A stretch of DNA of 64,000 bases. Origin: Flavobacteriales bacterium (GTDB lineage: Bacteria > Bacteroidota > Bacteroidia > Flavobacteriales_C > GCA-002722245). The notes under the pieces were generated by a model. That model searched no databases. It was not told the origin of the DNA and was given only the letters and a program-made list of their open reading frames with translations. The stretch lies in assembly GCA_046074525.1 (NCBI GenBank), contig JBJTOK010000038.1:128305-192304 (forward strand), read 5' to 3'. Each line of letters begins with the position of its first letter. Positions within the stretch are counted from its first letter, which is position 1. The position numbers and the translations under genes are program-made. Of the stretch, positions 1-8,930 are shown one piece after another.

Positions 1-345
1 GTAGAATTCGTAGTTCAATTCAGTGTAATGCTTGCCTTTTCTAACGTTTGGCGACATACCGATAGAGTGCAAAACGAAATCAATTTTACCTCCGAGCACT
101 TCCATTGATTTAGAAAACAGGTTTTCCAGGTCTTCTACCGAGGTAGCATCAGCAGGAATAATTGTAGCACCGGTTTTTTCTGCCAGTTTGTTGATTTCTC
201 CCATTCTCATGGCAATAGGAGCATTGGTCAATGTAATCAAAGCCCCTTCAGCATGTGCTGCTTCGGCAACTTTCCAGGCGATTGAATTTTCATCCAGGGC
301 GCCAAAAATAATTCCTCTTTTTCCTTTAAGTATTCCGTTAGCCAT
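1..345 (-). CDS. fabI: Enoyl-[acyl-carrier-protein] reductase FabI, N-terminal part (gene continues beyond window start)
   Basis: Minus-strand translation from ATG at 345-343 reads MANGILKGKRGIIFGALDENSIAWKVAEAAHAEGALITLTN..., the canonical FabI N-terminus (GxxxGxxxxxSIAW Rossmann motif). No stop before window edge. The + strand ORF 32..358 in the track is its antisense shadow. Confidence 0.8.
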   Translation of the reverse strand, partial: MANGILKGKRGIIFGALDENSIAWKVAEAAHAEGALITLTNAPIAMRMGEINKLAEKTGATIIPADATSVEDLENLFSKSMEVLGGKIDFVLHSIGMSPNVRKGKHYTELNYEFY

Positions 346-396
346 ATATAAGTTTTAAGTGAAGCAAAAATAGCATAAAAGTTGACAATGCAAAGC

Positions 397-1110
397 TCAG
401 GCAGGCATCAAATCACAAAACCAGAAACCCTTCGTTTTTGATTCGGGAACAGCGCAAACATCATCGGTTTTGATGATGAGCGGTTTGTATACTTTTTCAC
501 CAACAGTGAATTGAACTTCGTTTTTAAAGATCGGACCGGCGTAACAAAAAGTATGGAATTCACCATTTTCACCACAGGGATCAACAGCTGAGGGGAGTTC
601 TTTCACAAAATCGGAATCAATCTCCCTTCCCACCCATTTTTCATCCAGATGTTCATCATTGATACAGCAAGTAATGGTTTTGAATCCTTTGACGATAAAA
701 TCATTAATAAGGGTTTGAGTATTGATTTTCCATAAAGGGAAAACACCTTTCATTCCCACTTTAGCTAAATTGTTTTCGCGGTATGTACGTAAATCCTCCA
801 AAAAAATATCACCAAAGATCACATGTTCAATACCTTCAGATTTTGCTTTGAGGAGCATGGCCTCCATCTGCTTTTCGTATTCATCGTTGGTTCCCTGGGA
901 AACCGAAACTTTGAGGAGTGGAAGTCCGATAGCCGCAACTTGTTTTTCCAATAATTCCTCACGAACACCATGCATGGAAATTCTTTTAAATTCCGCATTT
1001 ACAGTAGTGAGCAGATAGCACACTTCATACTCACCTTCTTCAAAAATTTTATGCAGGCAATAGGAAGAATCCTTCCCTCCGCTCCAGCAAAATATGGCTT
1101 TCTTCTTCAT
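397..1110 (-). CDS. PP-loop ATP pyrophosphatase, Dph6/MJ0570-related (diphthine-ammonia ligase-like domain)
   Basis: N-terminal SGGKDS PP-loop motif (CWSGGKDSSYCL) and overall MJ0570-family pattern; ATG at 1110 overlaps stop of upstream gene (TGATG). Confidence 0.65.
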   Translation of the reverse strand: MKKKAIFCWSGGKDSSYCLHKIFEEGEYEVCYLLTTVNAEFKRISMHGVREELLEKQVAAIGLPLLKVSVSQGTNDEYEKQMEAMLLKAKSEGIEHVIFGDIFLEDLRTYRENNLAKVGMKGVFPLWKINTQTLINDFIVKGFKTITCCINDEHLDEKWVGREIDSDFVKELPSAVDPCGENGEFHTFCYAGPIFKNEVQFTVGEKVYKPLIIKTDDVCAVPESKTKGFWFCDLMPA

Positions 1111-2132
1111 CAGGGCTTGAAATAAAAATCGCTTGAATTGATTCCTGCTTTGAATGACGATAACAATGTGCCATTCGCAGTATAGCGGTAGATAGTGGAT
1201 TTCTGAACATAATCCATGGCGTCGGCAACATAAATCACTCCCGACAAAGGATCAACCCCTAATCCATAATAACTTCTGTTTCCCTCTGCAATCAATGCTT
1301 GCGAAGGCAATGCAGAGGCTGTAATTGGGAATGCATACACTCCTTTATTAAGAAAATACAAAGTATCTTTTGAGCCGTTCATTTTGAGTCGCCATGGATT
1401 TCCTGAGGCAAAAGTGAAGCTCGCCTCCACCTTTAATGTAGTAGGATTAATGCGGTGCAGCCCTCCTGAAATTTTGCTATCACCACCACACAGCACCCAG
1501 ATTTTTCCATTTTTATCCTGCTGTATCGAGTTGGAAGAATAATTCACAGCAATACTATCTGTAATTACATCGGTAGTGGTGTTGATGACATACACTTTAT
1601 CACGTTGCATGTTAGTGACAAAGACCTTCCCATTAGAAAGCAATATTTCTTCTGTCCAGCCTGTACATGGAATAGAACCCGAAACAGAGGAAGTAGATAA
1701 GTCGACCACTGAAATGGCATTCGCCAAATAATCACTTACATAAGCCTTAGTACTGTTCACCGGTACAAAAAAACGAGGTGAAATCAGACCCGTAATTTTT
1801 CCTGATGAAATGAAAGTCGAAGTATCCACCACTTCTATCTTCCCCGAATTATTTACTACGATATACAATCTGCCATTCGCAGCGTACATCGACTGCGCCA
1901 CATCTCCCAGCGCTTTATTATTCACTGATTTAAAAACATCTTCCTGCGCCGAATTTGCAGCGATATCATAATAACTCACCGAGGCATTGCCAAACTGGAA
2001 ATTGCCTTCATTTACGATGTACACACCAGAAGAAGTGAGATCAACTTTATTATGATCAACGGGAGGTTTGTCCTTGATACAAGAGACAAGAGAAAGGAAA
2101 ATAAGAGCAATTAAAAAATGAAAAAATCTCAT
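1110..2132 (-). CDS. YncE-like (YVTN-type) beta-propeller lipoprotein
   Basis: Signal peptide plus lipobox (LSLVSC), repetitive beta-strand rich sequence typical of YncE/DUF5074 beta-propellers. Confidence 0.5.
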   Translation of the reverse strand: MRFFHFLIALIFLSLVSCIKDKPPVDHNKVDLTSSGVYIVNEGNFQFGNASVSYYDIAANSAQEDVFKSVNNKALGDVAQSMYAANGRLYIVVNNSGKIEVVDTSTFISSGKITGLISPRFFVPVNSTKAYVSDYLANAISVVDLSTSSVSGSIPCTGWTEEILLSNGKVFVTNMQRDKVYVINTTTDVITDSIAVNYSSNSIQQDKNGKIWVLCGGDSKISGGLHRINPTTLKVEASFTFASGNPWRLKMNGSKDTLYFLNKGVYAFPITASALPSQALIAEGNRSYYGLGVDPLSGVIYVADAMDYVQKSTIYRYTANGTLLSSFKAGINSSDFYFKP

Positions 2133-2163
2133 TTTTTAAAGGTAGATAAAAATCGAGTTTTAC

Positions 2164-2292
2164 CTATTGAAAAGTAGCGCAATCTGTAATTACGCGCTTG
2201 CCTCTCTTTGCTGTATCCGAATGCATGGAAGAGCTGCAGGAAGCTGCCAACACCAACACAAAAGCCACTAAAATCAACAATAATTTTTTCAT
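2164..2292 (-). CDS. Small predicted lipoprotein (42 aa), not in ORF track
   Basis: Minus-strand ORF MKKLLLILVAFVLVLAASCSSSMHSDTAKRGKRVITDCATFQ*: classic signal peptide plus lipobox (LAASC), sits 31 nt upstream of the YncE-like gene on the same strand. Confidence 0.3.
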   Translation of the reverse strand: MKKLLLILVAFVLVLAASCSSSMHSDTAKRGKRVITDCATFQ

Positions 2293-2476
2293 ACTTCAAT
2301 TATTAAAAATGCACTCAAGCCTTGCTAAACAACTTGTTAACCGACATATTACTGACGGGTAACCGGAAATAATTTTTCAGTGGTTGAATAGAAAGTGTGT
2401 CGCCTATAGAACAATCAGAGGCACCCAAAGTTACAAGTTAAACGACAAGGCGCAACTTCTATTGCGGAGTTTTTAC

Positions 2477-3436
2477 CTAAAAATAAAGCCAGTGGAAATA
2501 AGTCCTCTTCCCGGGTGTAAACTCCAAAGTTGGTGCCGGAACTTTAAGGAAACCAAAAGTATTGAAAACTGTTTTCAGGAATTTATGTTTCGTCTTGATT
2601 TTAGTGAGATCGATGTCGAGAGACAAATAATACTGACTGCGTCTTTCAAAGTAAGGAATCGGTACGAGCTGTCCGTTGGAAGTAGCTGTTTTAGCCAACA
2701 GCGGATTGCTTGAACCTCCCGTCATTCCATCGGCACCATAACCTACCGCAATGTTCAGCCACTGCGGGAACTTAGTTGTTTCAGGTAAAAAGGATGCTAT
2801 ATTAACAGAAAACCAATAGGTTTGACCGTTGTAATCTTTCAACCATTGCTGTGATAAATTTTTCCCCAGCAAATTCGGGCGGTACTGAGCATATGGTGAA
2901 GGCATGAACGACCATTTGTAAGCGATGCGCTGCTCCTTCCACAATAACTGCTCACCAATGAACAGGGCGGCACCACCTGCATCAGCTGCAAAGTCGCCAG
3001 GAGAAAAGCCCCACTCCGAAGAAAATCCATCCATGATCTCAATAACGGTGAGATACATAAAACCCAGACTCCCTCCCCACATCAATGATTTTCTTTCATT
3101 CACTCCCGCCCAGCGTAGTGCCTTGTAGCCTGATTGTCCAACACTATATCCCGTTTGCGAATGTCCGAATTTATCCATCCCAAGCCACTCATCATTATCA
3201 TTGAACAAATGAAGTGGTGATCGCGGATAATTGGCGTACCACAACTGATCCAGCACAATTAGGGAGCCGAGGCTTCCTGCGATTTCGGTGCCAATAACGA
3301 GATTAAGCCTTTGTTTATTAAAAACTGGAGAAGGCGTAAAAAAATTCAGTGATTTTCCGGAAAGGGAATCACGCTTTTGTGCACCGGCAGGCAATTGAAG
3401 ACAAACAACAATCACCAGCAGTGCCGCAAAACGCAT
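2477..3436 (-). CDS. DUF2279 (YfiM-like) secreted/lipoprotein family protein
   Basis: Track ORF 2477..3505; likely true start at internal ATG 3436 (MRFAALLVIVVCLQLPAGAQ signal peptide) because the longer form would overlap the upstream gene end at 3438. Family call from overall sequence pattern. Confidence 0.5.
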   Translation of the reverse strand: MRFAALLVIVVCLQLPAGAQKRDSLSGKSLNFFTPSPVFNKQRLNLVIGTEIAGSLGSLIVLDQLWYANYPRSPLHLFNDNDEWLGMDKFGHSQTGYSVGQSGYKALRWAGVNERKSLMWGGSLGFMYLTVIEIMDGFSSEWGFSPGDFAADAGGAALFIGEQLLWKEQRIAYKWSFMPSPYAQYRPNLLGKNLSQQWLKDYNGQTYWFSVNIASFLPETTKFPQWLNIAVGYGADGMTGGSSNPLLAKTATSNGQLVPIPYFERRSQYYLSLDIDLTKIKTKHKFLKTVFNTFGFLKVPAPTLEFTPGKRTYFHWLYF

Positions 3437-3437
3437 A

Positions 3438-4847
3438 TTAATTGAGCAATAATTTGTGGGATTTCTCCAGCAACGAGAAAGCCTCCTTGCTCGATGAAGA
3501 TTCACAATAAGTTCTCAAAACAGGCTCTGTTCCTGAAGGACGGATCATCAGCCATTCATCATCTCCAAAGAAAAACTTAAAGCCATCGATATCCTCACGG
3601 CGCGTAATCTTTCTTCCGGCGAATTCGGTATAAGCACCGCTCTTACAGTTTTCCATCACCTTTTGCTTGATCGATTCACTGATGTGCAAATCAATTCTTT
3701 CAAAGGCAAAAGCACCCACGATTTCATATACTTCCTGTACCAGGTCATCCAGGGTTTTGCCTGTTTTGGCCATGTACTCCCAAATGGTGAGTCCCATCCA
3801 AACGCCATCCCTTTCAGGGATATGCCCCTTGATTGCTACCCCACCCGATTCTTCTCCGCCCAGCAATACATCTTCATTGATAAGATGGTCGCAAACGTAC
3901 TTGAACCCGATTTTGGTAGTCGTCACCTCTAATCCGAGATGCTTGCATAATTTCTTGATTCTATCGGAAACCGAAAAAGCGATCACCACTTTTCCGTCCA
4001 TTTTCTTGTATTTCCTGAGGTAAGTAATGAGCAGCAGGATGATGTGGTGTGAATCCACAAACTCCCCTTTGCTGTTATAAAAACCAAGTCGGTCGGCATC
4101 ACCATCGGTAGCCAGACCACAGTCGATATCCCCCGCTGTTTTAATCAACTCCGAAAACTCAACGAGATTGCGGTGGATAGGCTCAGGAGCTGTTCCATCA
4201 AAACCCGGATTATAATCGCAGTGCAGGAAAGTAATATCCGGCAAAAGTTTGCGCATTACAAACTGACCGGCGCCATACATCGCATCGTAAGCAAAATTCA
4301 GGTTGGATTTTTTGATAAGATCGAGGTCGAAATTAGCTTCCACCTTTTTGATGTACATTGCTTCTAGATCAACGTCTTTAACCAGTCCCTTTTTTCTGAA
4401 CTCTTCAAGGGAAATATTTTCGAGATTGTATTTATGTTTATCGGGAATCAGGGCTTCTACTTCGTCTACGTTGTGCGACAACAGCGGGCCACCGAATTCT
4501 CCCTTGAGTTTGTATCCGTTATAATCGGGCGGATTGTGACTGGCTGTAAGAACTACCCCAAGTGCGGCACCCAGTTCCAAGGTACCCAGCGATACCATTG
4601 GCGTGCTCACAATCCTGTCGCTTAAGTATACTTTAATACCCTCTTCACCAAGAACTTTTGCCACAGTTTCGGCAAATAATTTCCCGCCGAAGCGACAATC
4701 GTAACCGATCACCACACCTTTCTGGCTTTTCTCTACTTTACGGAGCCAAAGCACCACAGCTTCGGTCACTCTGGCCACATTATCAACAGTAAAATCTTTT
4801 GCAATTATGGCTCTCCAGCCATCGGTACCAAATTTTATCTTCGTCAT
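3438..4847 (-). CDS. Phosphoglucomutase/phosphomannomutase family (alpha-D-phosphohexomutase)
   Basis: Active-site TASHNP motif, GxDGDADR metal-binding loop (ATDGDADRLG). Track start is TTG at 4856; first ATG at 4847 gives MTKIKFGTDGWRA, the typical N-terminus. Confidence 0.85.
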   Translation of the reverse strand: MTKIKFGTDGWRAIIAKDFTVDNVARVTEAVVLWLRKVEKSQKGVVIGYDCRFGGKLFAETVAKVLGEEGIKVYLSDRIVSTPMVSLGTLELGAALGVVLTASHNPPDYNGYKLKGEFGGPLLSHNVDEVEALIPDKHKYNLENISLEEFRKKGLVKDVDLEAMYIKKVEANFDLDLIKKSNLNFAYDAMYGAGQFVMRKLLPDITFLHCDYNPGFDGTAPEPIHRNLVEFSELIKTAGDIDCGLATDGDADRLGFYNSKGEFVDSHHIILLLITYLRKYKKMDGKVVIAFSVSDRIKKLCKHLGLEVTTTKIGFKYVCDHLINEDVLLGGEESGGVAIKGHIPERDGVWMGLTIWEYMAKTGKTLDDLVQEVYEIVGAFAFERIDLHISESIKQKVMENCKSGAYTEFAGRKITRREDIDGFKFFFGDDEWLMIRPSGTEPVLRTYCESSSSKEAFSLLEKSHKLLLN

Positions 4848-4920
4848 TATTCTCAATTTGTGCGGCCTAAATTATGGAAAACTATTTAAAATGAAGTCGA
4901 AATCTTATTTTTGAAAACGA

Positions 4921-6213
4921 GTGGATACAAAATTTTCAAATATACCCCTGGCGGAAAGGATGCGCCCTAAAAGGCTGACCGATTATTTTGGGCAGGAGCA
5001 TCTCGTTGGAACTAATGGAGCTCTAACAGCTGCTATTCGCTCGGGATATATTCCTTCTATCATTTTATGGGGACCACCAGGCGTGGGAAAAACCACTCTA
5101 GCCCAAATCATTGCAGAAGAGACCAAGCGCCCGTTTTTTACTCTCAGTGCTATCAATTCAGGAGTGAAAGACATAAGGGAGGTAATTGATAAAGCCAGGG
5201 AGCAAAACCTATTTAGCCGCGGACTAAATCCTATTTTATTCATTGATGAGATCCACCGTTTCAGCAAATCGCAACAGGACTCATTGCTTGGAGCTGTTGA
5301 AAAAGGAACCATCACATTGATTGGCGCCACTACCGAAAACCCTTCTTTTGAAGTGATTCCGGCCCTCTTGTCGCGTTCGCAGGTGTATGTACTTAAACCA
5401 CATTCCGATGAAGAACTTATTGCCCTATTGAATAAGGCTTCAAAGGAAGATCCTATTTTAAAGCTGAAAGACATTGAGCTTGCCGAAACAGAATCATTTC
5501 TGCAGATGAGTGGTGGTGATGCACGCCGCCTGCTCAATAACTTCGAGCTGCTGGTAAACTCTAGTCCGAACAAGAAAGTAGTGATCAATAATGCAGTGGT
5601 AAAAGAGCAATTAAAGCTCAATCCAACACTGTATGATAAGAATGGCGAGCAGCATTACGATATCATTTCCGCTTTTATTAAATCTATTCGGGGCAGCGAT
5701 CCTAATGCGGCTGTATATTACCTGGCTCGAATGATTGAAGGCGGTGAAAATCCTGAATTCATTGCGCGTCGCTTATTGATTTTATCATCTGAAGACATCG
5801 GCAATGCCAATCCCAACGCGATGATGATGGCACAAAGTTGTTTTCATGCGGTGAGCGTAATTGGCCATCCGGAATGCCGAATTATTTTGTCGCAATGTGC
5901 TATTTACTTAGCTTCTTCGCCAAAAAGCAATGCTTCTTACGAGGCGATTAATAAAGCACAGGAACTCGTTCGTGAAACAGGAAATTTACCTGTGCCATTA
6001 CATATCCGCAACGCTCCTACCAAGCTCATGAAAGATATGGGTTATGGAAAAAACTACCAGTACAGTCATTCTTACGAAAACAACTTTTCCAACCAGGAAT
6101 TTTTACCGGAAGAAATTAAGGGAACTAACCTTGTTCAAATGGGGAATAACAAACGTGAACAAGAGCTGAAAGCGGCGCTGGAGAAGTTGTGGAATAATAA
6201 ATACAGGTTTTAA
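4921..6213 (+). CDS. rarA: Replication-associated recombination protein A (AAA+ ATPase RarA/MgsA)
   Basis: Walker A GPPGVGKTT, ARMRP N-terminal motif, MgsA C-terminal domain. Start is GTG at 4921 (alternative ATG at 4960, less likely). Confidence 0.9.
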   Translation: MDTKFSNIPLAERMRPKRLTDYFGQEHLVGTNGALTAAIRSGYIPSIILWGPPGVGKTTLAQIIAEETKRPFFTLSAINSGVKDIREVIDKAREQNLFSRGLNPILFIDEIHRFSKSQQDSLLGAVEKGTITLIGATTENPSFEVIPALLSRSQVYVLKPHSDEELIALLNKASKEDPILKLKDIELAETESFLQMSGGDARRLLNNFELLVNSSPNKKVVINNAVVKEQLKLNPTLYDKNGEQHYDIISAFIKSIRGSDPNAAVYYLARMIEGGENPEFIARRLLILSSEDIGNANPNAMMMAQSCFHAVSVIGHPECRIILSQCAIYLASSPKSNASYEAINKAQELVRETGNLPVPLHIRNAPTKLMKDMGYGKNYQYSHSYENNFSNQEFLPEEIKGTNLVQMGNNKREQELKAALEKLWNNKYRF

Positions 6214-6243
6214 AGTTCTCTGAGTTTTCCACGAACAAAGAAA

Positions 6244-8211
6244 CTATTGAACAACCATAAACTCCGTCCTCCTGTTATTCGCCCTGCCCTTTTCCGTATC
6301 ATTACTATCTATAGGCATTACATCCGCATAGCCTTTGGAAGTCAATCTATCGGCTGAAATTCCATTTTTTACCAGGTATTCCTTCACGGCATTTGCACGA
6401 TTTTGCGACAAAGTTTGGTTATGCGCTTTTGAACCCTGGTTATCGGTATGTCCGCCAACCTCAATTTTCAACGTTGGATTTTTATTGAGAAAGGCCACCA
6501 GTTTATCCAATTCCGTCTTAGATTCTGGTTTTAAAACATAGGAATCCGTAGCGAAGAAAATGTTTTTCAACACTACTTTTTCATTCACACCAATCTTCTT
6601 CATCGGTACATCTTTACGGAAAGCATCCTCCCCTTTTTTAGGATCGGTGAGCTCAAAATTTTCCGAGAAAAAGAGATAGCCTCCCTCAGTAGAAACATTT
6701 AAAGCGTAGTTTTTGCCAACAGGTAAACTCACCAGGAAGGAACCATCCTTAGCATCTGAAAATGACTCCACCACCTGCTTATTGGTCTCCAGATCAATCA
6801 ACTCAAAAGAAGCTCCTCCCAAAGGCTTTTTCGTCTTTTCATCATAAACAATTCCTTTCATATAAGTCACAGGAATCGGCTTGGCACTTTGAGGTAGTTT
6901 GAAATAATAAATATCCATCTCTCCCATTCCTCCTGATCTATTGGATGCGAAGTAAGCCAACTCACCTTTGGCATCGATAAACAAAGTCCTGTCATCTTCA
7001 CTGGTATTAATAGGATAACCCAAATTAACCGGATCACCCCACGAACCATCAGGCTGGCGCTTGCACATATATAAATCGCGACCACCCATTCCCGGGTGAC
7101 CTGTCGAAGCAAAGTATAAAGTCTGGTTATCAGGATGAATAAATACTCCATCTTCAAATCCGTAAGTATTTATTTTCGGACCCAGATTTTCGGGTTTCGA
7201 CCAGGCATTCCCTAAAAAATGAACTACATAAATATCTGATTCACCGTAGGAACCCGCACGTGCACTGGCAAAATAAATATCTTTTCCGTCGGGAGAAACA
7301 GAGGGTTGTGAATCAAAACGACCTGAGTTAACCTGCTGACCCAAATTTACGGGAAGCGACCATTTTCCGCCACTTGTTTTCTTACTAAAAAACAAATCAC
7401 AACTTCCAAAGCCCATTCTTCCTTCACCATAACTTCCATATTCATCGGGACAAATCGTTAATATCATAACGTTTGCCGAAGGCCACATAGATAAAGCACC
7501 TTCGTTGGCAGGAGAGCTGAGAGGTTTTCCAATATTTACTGCAGAAGACCATCCACTTCCTGTTTTTTCACTTACATAAAAATCTTCCTGCTCATTTTTC
7601 TTCCAGTGTCCGGTAGGAAGCATAACAGAGTCGGTCCACACTGAGCGGGTCAATACAAATACTTCCTCATCAATAGTAACATAAGGATTAAAATCATTGA
7701 ATTTTGAATTGATAGCAGGGCCGGCATTAACCGGATTAAAAGGCACCGGATGTTTCACCGCTTCACGTGCAAATGTGCAACTGGCCAGTATTTTCTCTGC
7801 TTTAAACTTTAACTTATCTCCCTTAGTGTACTTTGCCAAGAAAATATTCAAGTACTTCTCCGCCGCATCAAAATCCTGCTGAATAAAATACAAACCTCCT
7901 AAATCGAGATATACCGGAATGAAGAAATCAGGATTGATGCTTAAGGCCTTTTGGATATCATCAATCGCCTTTTGATTTTGTTTTTGATCGGCATAGATAT
8001 AGCTCCTCAAAACATAAGCTTCACAAAACAAAGGATCTTTGTCGATGGCTTTGTTTATTGATACCAAGGCATTTTCAGGATGATACTCCTGCATGGAAGC
8101 AGTTGCAGCTTCGTAATATTCAATAGCTTTTTTCGACTTCGTAGTATACTGCTGCTGTGCAAACAACAACTGTGAAATAGCCATTAAAAATATTGTAATG
8201 ATTAATCTCAT
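6244..8211 (-). CDS. Outer-membrane-associated protein with TPR repeats, TolB-like (PD40) beta-propeller repeats and C-terminal OmpA peptidoglycan-binding domain
   Basis: C-terminal OmpA signature (NIFFATDSYVLKPESK...GHTDNQGSKAHNQTLSQNRANAV...), central WD40-like/PD40 repeats, N-terminal TPRs. Signal peptide begins at ATG 8211 (MRLIITIFLMAISQLLFAQQ); track start 8220 is TTG. Confidence 0.8.
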   Translation of the reverse strand: MRLIITIFLMAISQLLFAQQQYTTKSKKAIEYYEAATASMQEYHPENALVSINKAIDKDPLFCEAYVLRSYIYADQKQNQKAIDDIQKALSINPDFFIPVYLDLGGLYFIQQDFDAAEKYLNIFLAKYTKGDKLKFKAEKILASCTFAREAVKHPVPFNPVNAGPAINSKFNDFNPYVTIDEEVFVLTRSVWTDSVMLPTGHWKKNEQEDFYVSEKTGSGWSSAVNIGKPLSSPANEGALSMWPSANVMILTICPDEYGSYGEGRMGFGSCDLFFSKKTSGGKWSLPVNLGQQVNSGRFDSQPSVSPDGKDIYFASARAGSYGESDIYVVHFLGNAWSKPENLGPKINTYGFEDGVFIHPDNQTLYFASTGHPGMGGRDLYMCKRQPDGSWGDPVNLGYPINTSEDDRTLFIDAKGELAYFASNRSGGMGEMDIYYFKLPQSAKPIPVTYMKGIVYDEKTKKPLGGASFELIDLETNKQVVESFSDAKDGSFLVSLPVGKNYALNVSTEGGYLFFSENFELTDPKKGEDAFRKDVPMKKIGVNEKVVLKNIFFATDSYVLKPESKTELDKLVAFLNKNPTLKIEVGGHTDNQGSKAHNQTLSQNRANAVKEYLVKNGISADRLTSKGYADVMPIDSNDTEKGRANNRRTEFMVVQ

Positions 8212-8223
8212 ATGCTTCAATGT

Positions 8224-8871
8224 TTATGGTATCCCCATGTATTTATGGGTTTGCAGCGATATGTTCCATTTTGGATGCTGCTGAACGTAATCGATAATTT
8301 TAGGCAACATTTCCTTGCTCTTGCTCCACTCGGGCTGAAGGTATAATTTGCAGTCGGCATTGGCCTTTGCGGCATGTTCCTCCGCCCAGGCAAAGTCATT
8401 GTTATTGAAAACAATCACTTTTATTTCATGGGCTTTCTGATAGATTTCGGGCATAGGTGGCGCTGTCTTCTTTGGAGAGAGGCAAATCCAATGCCATTCA
8501 CCACTTAAGGGATATGCTCCTGAAGTTTCCACAAAAACCCGCTTGCCGCTTTTAATGAGCTGGGCACAGATGTAATCTAGATTGTAAATTGATGGCTCCC
8601 CTCCTGTTATCACGATATCTTTTGCTGGAAATGCCATGGCAGCATGAACCACATCATCTACATTTTTGAGTGGATGCAGCGATGGATCCCACGATTCTTT
8701 TACGTCACACCAATGACACCCTACATCACAACCGCCAACCCTGATGAAATATGCTGGTTTGCCCGAATTATACCCCTCTCCCTGAATAGTATAGAATTCC
8801 TCCATTACCGGAAGTTTTTTACCCTGATCCAGTAAAAGTTTATCGCTATCGGAAAGATGGTTTTGCTGCAT
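8224..8871 (-). CDS. queE: 7-carboxy-7-deazaguanine synthase (radical SAM, queuosine biosynthesis)
   Basis: EEFYTIQGEG...GGCDVGCHWCD radical-SAM/QueE motifs; ATG at 8871 (track TTG at 8874). Confidence 0.85.
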   Translation of the reverse strand: MQQNHLSDSDKLLLDQGKKLPVMEEFYTIQGEGYNSGKPAYFIRVGGCDVGCHWCDVKESWDPSLHPLKNVDDVVHAAMAFPAKDIVITGGEPSIYNLDYICAQLIKSGKRVFVETSGAYPLSGEWHWICLSPKKTAPPMPEIYQKAHEIKVIVFNNNDFAWAEEHAAKANADCKLYLQPEWSKSKEMLPKIIDYVQQHPKWNISLQTHKYMGIP

Positions 8872-8930
8872 CAATCAAAAGTAATAAATAAGTTGGGCTT
8901 TTGATTTACTATAGCCATTCTTTGCTTTCG

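Noticed and set aside
32-358. 108-aa + strand ORF at the window start
   Set aside because: It is the antisense shadow of the fabI N-terminus, whose minus-strand translation gives an unmistakable FabI sequence.
2293-2476. Possible cobalamin riboswitch upstream of the YncE-like lipoprotein operon
   Set aside because: Only an ACCACUG heptamer resembling the B12 box is present. Other conserved cobalamin-riboswitch blocks are not recognisable, and the gccagtgg at 2488..2495 is inside the DUF2279 coding sequence.
4983-5621. 212-aa minus-strand ORF inside rarA, and 201-aa minus-strand ORF 28027..28632 inside clpB
   Set aside because: Antisense to highly conserved housekeeping genes; no start context or motifs.
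8872-8930. Possible preQ1 riboswitch upstream of queE
   Set aside because: The 59-nt spacer lacks the conserved preQ1-I/II sequence blocks.
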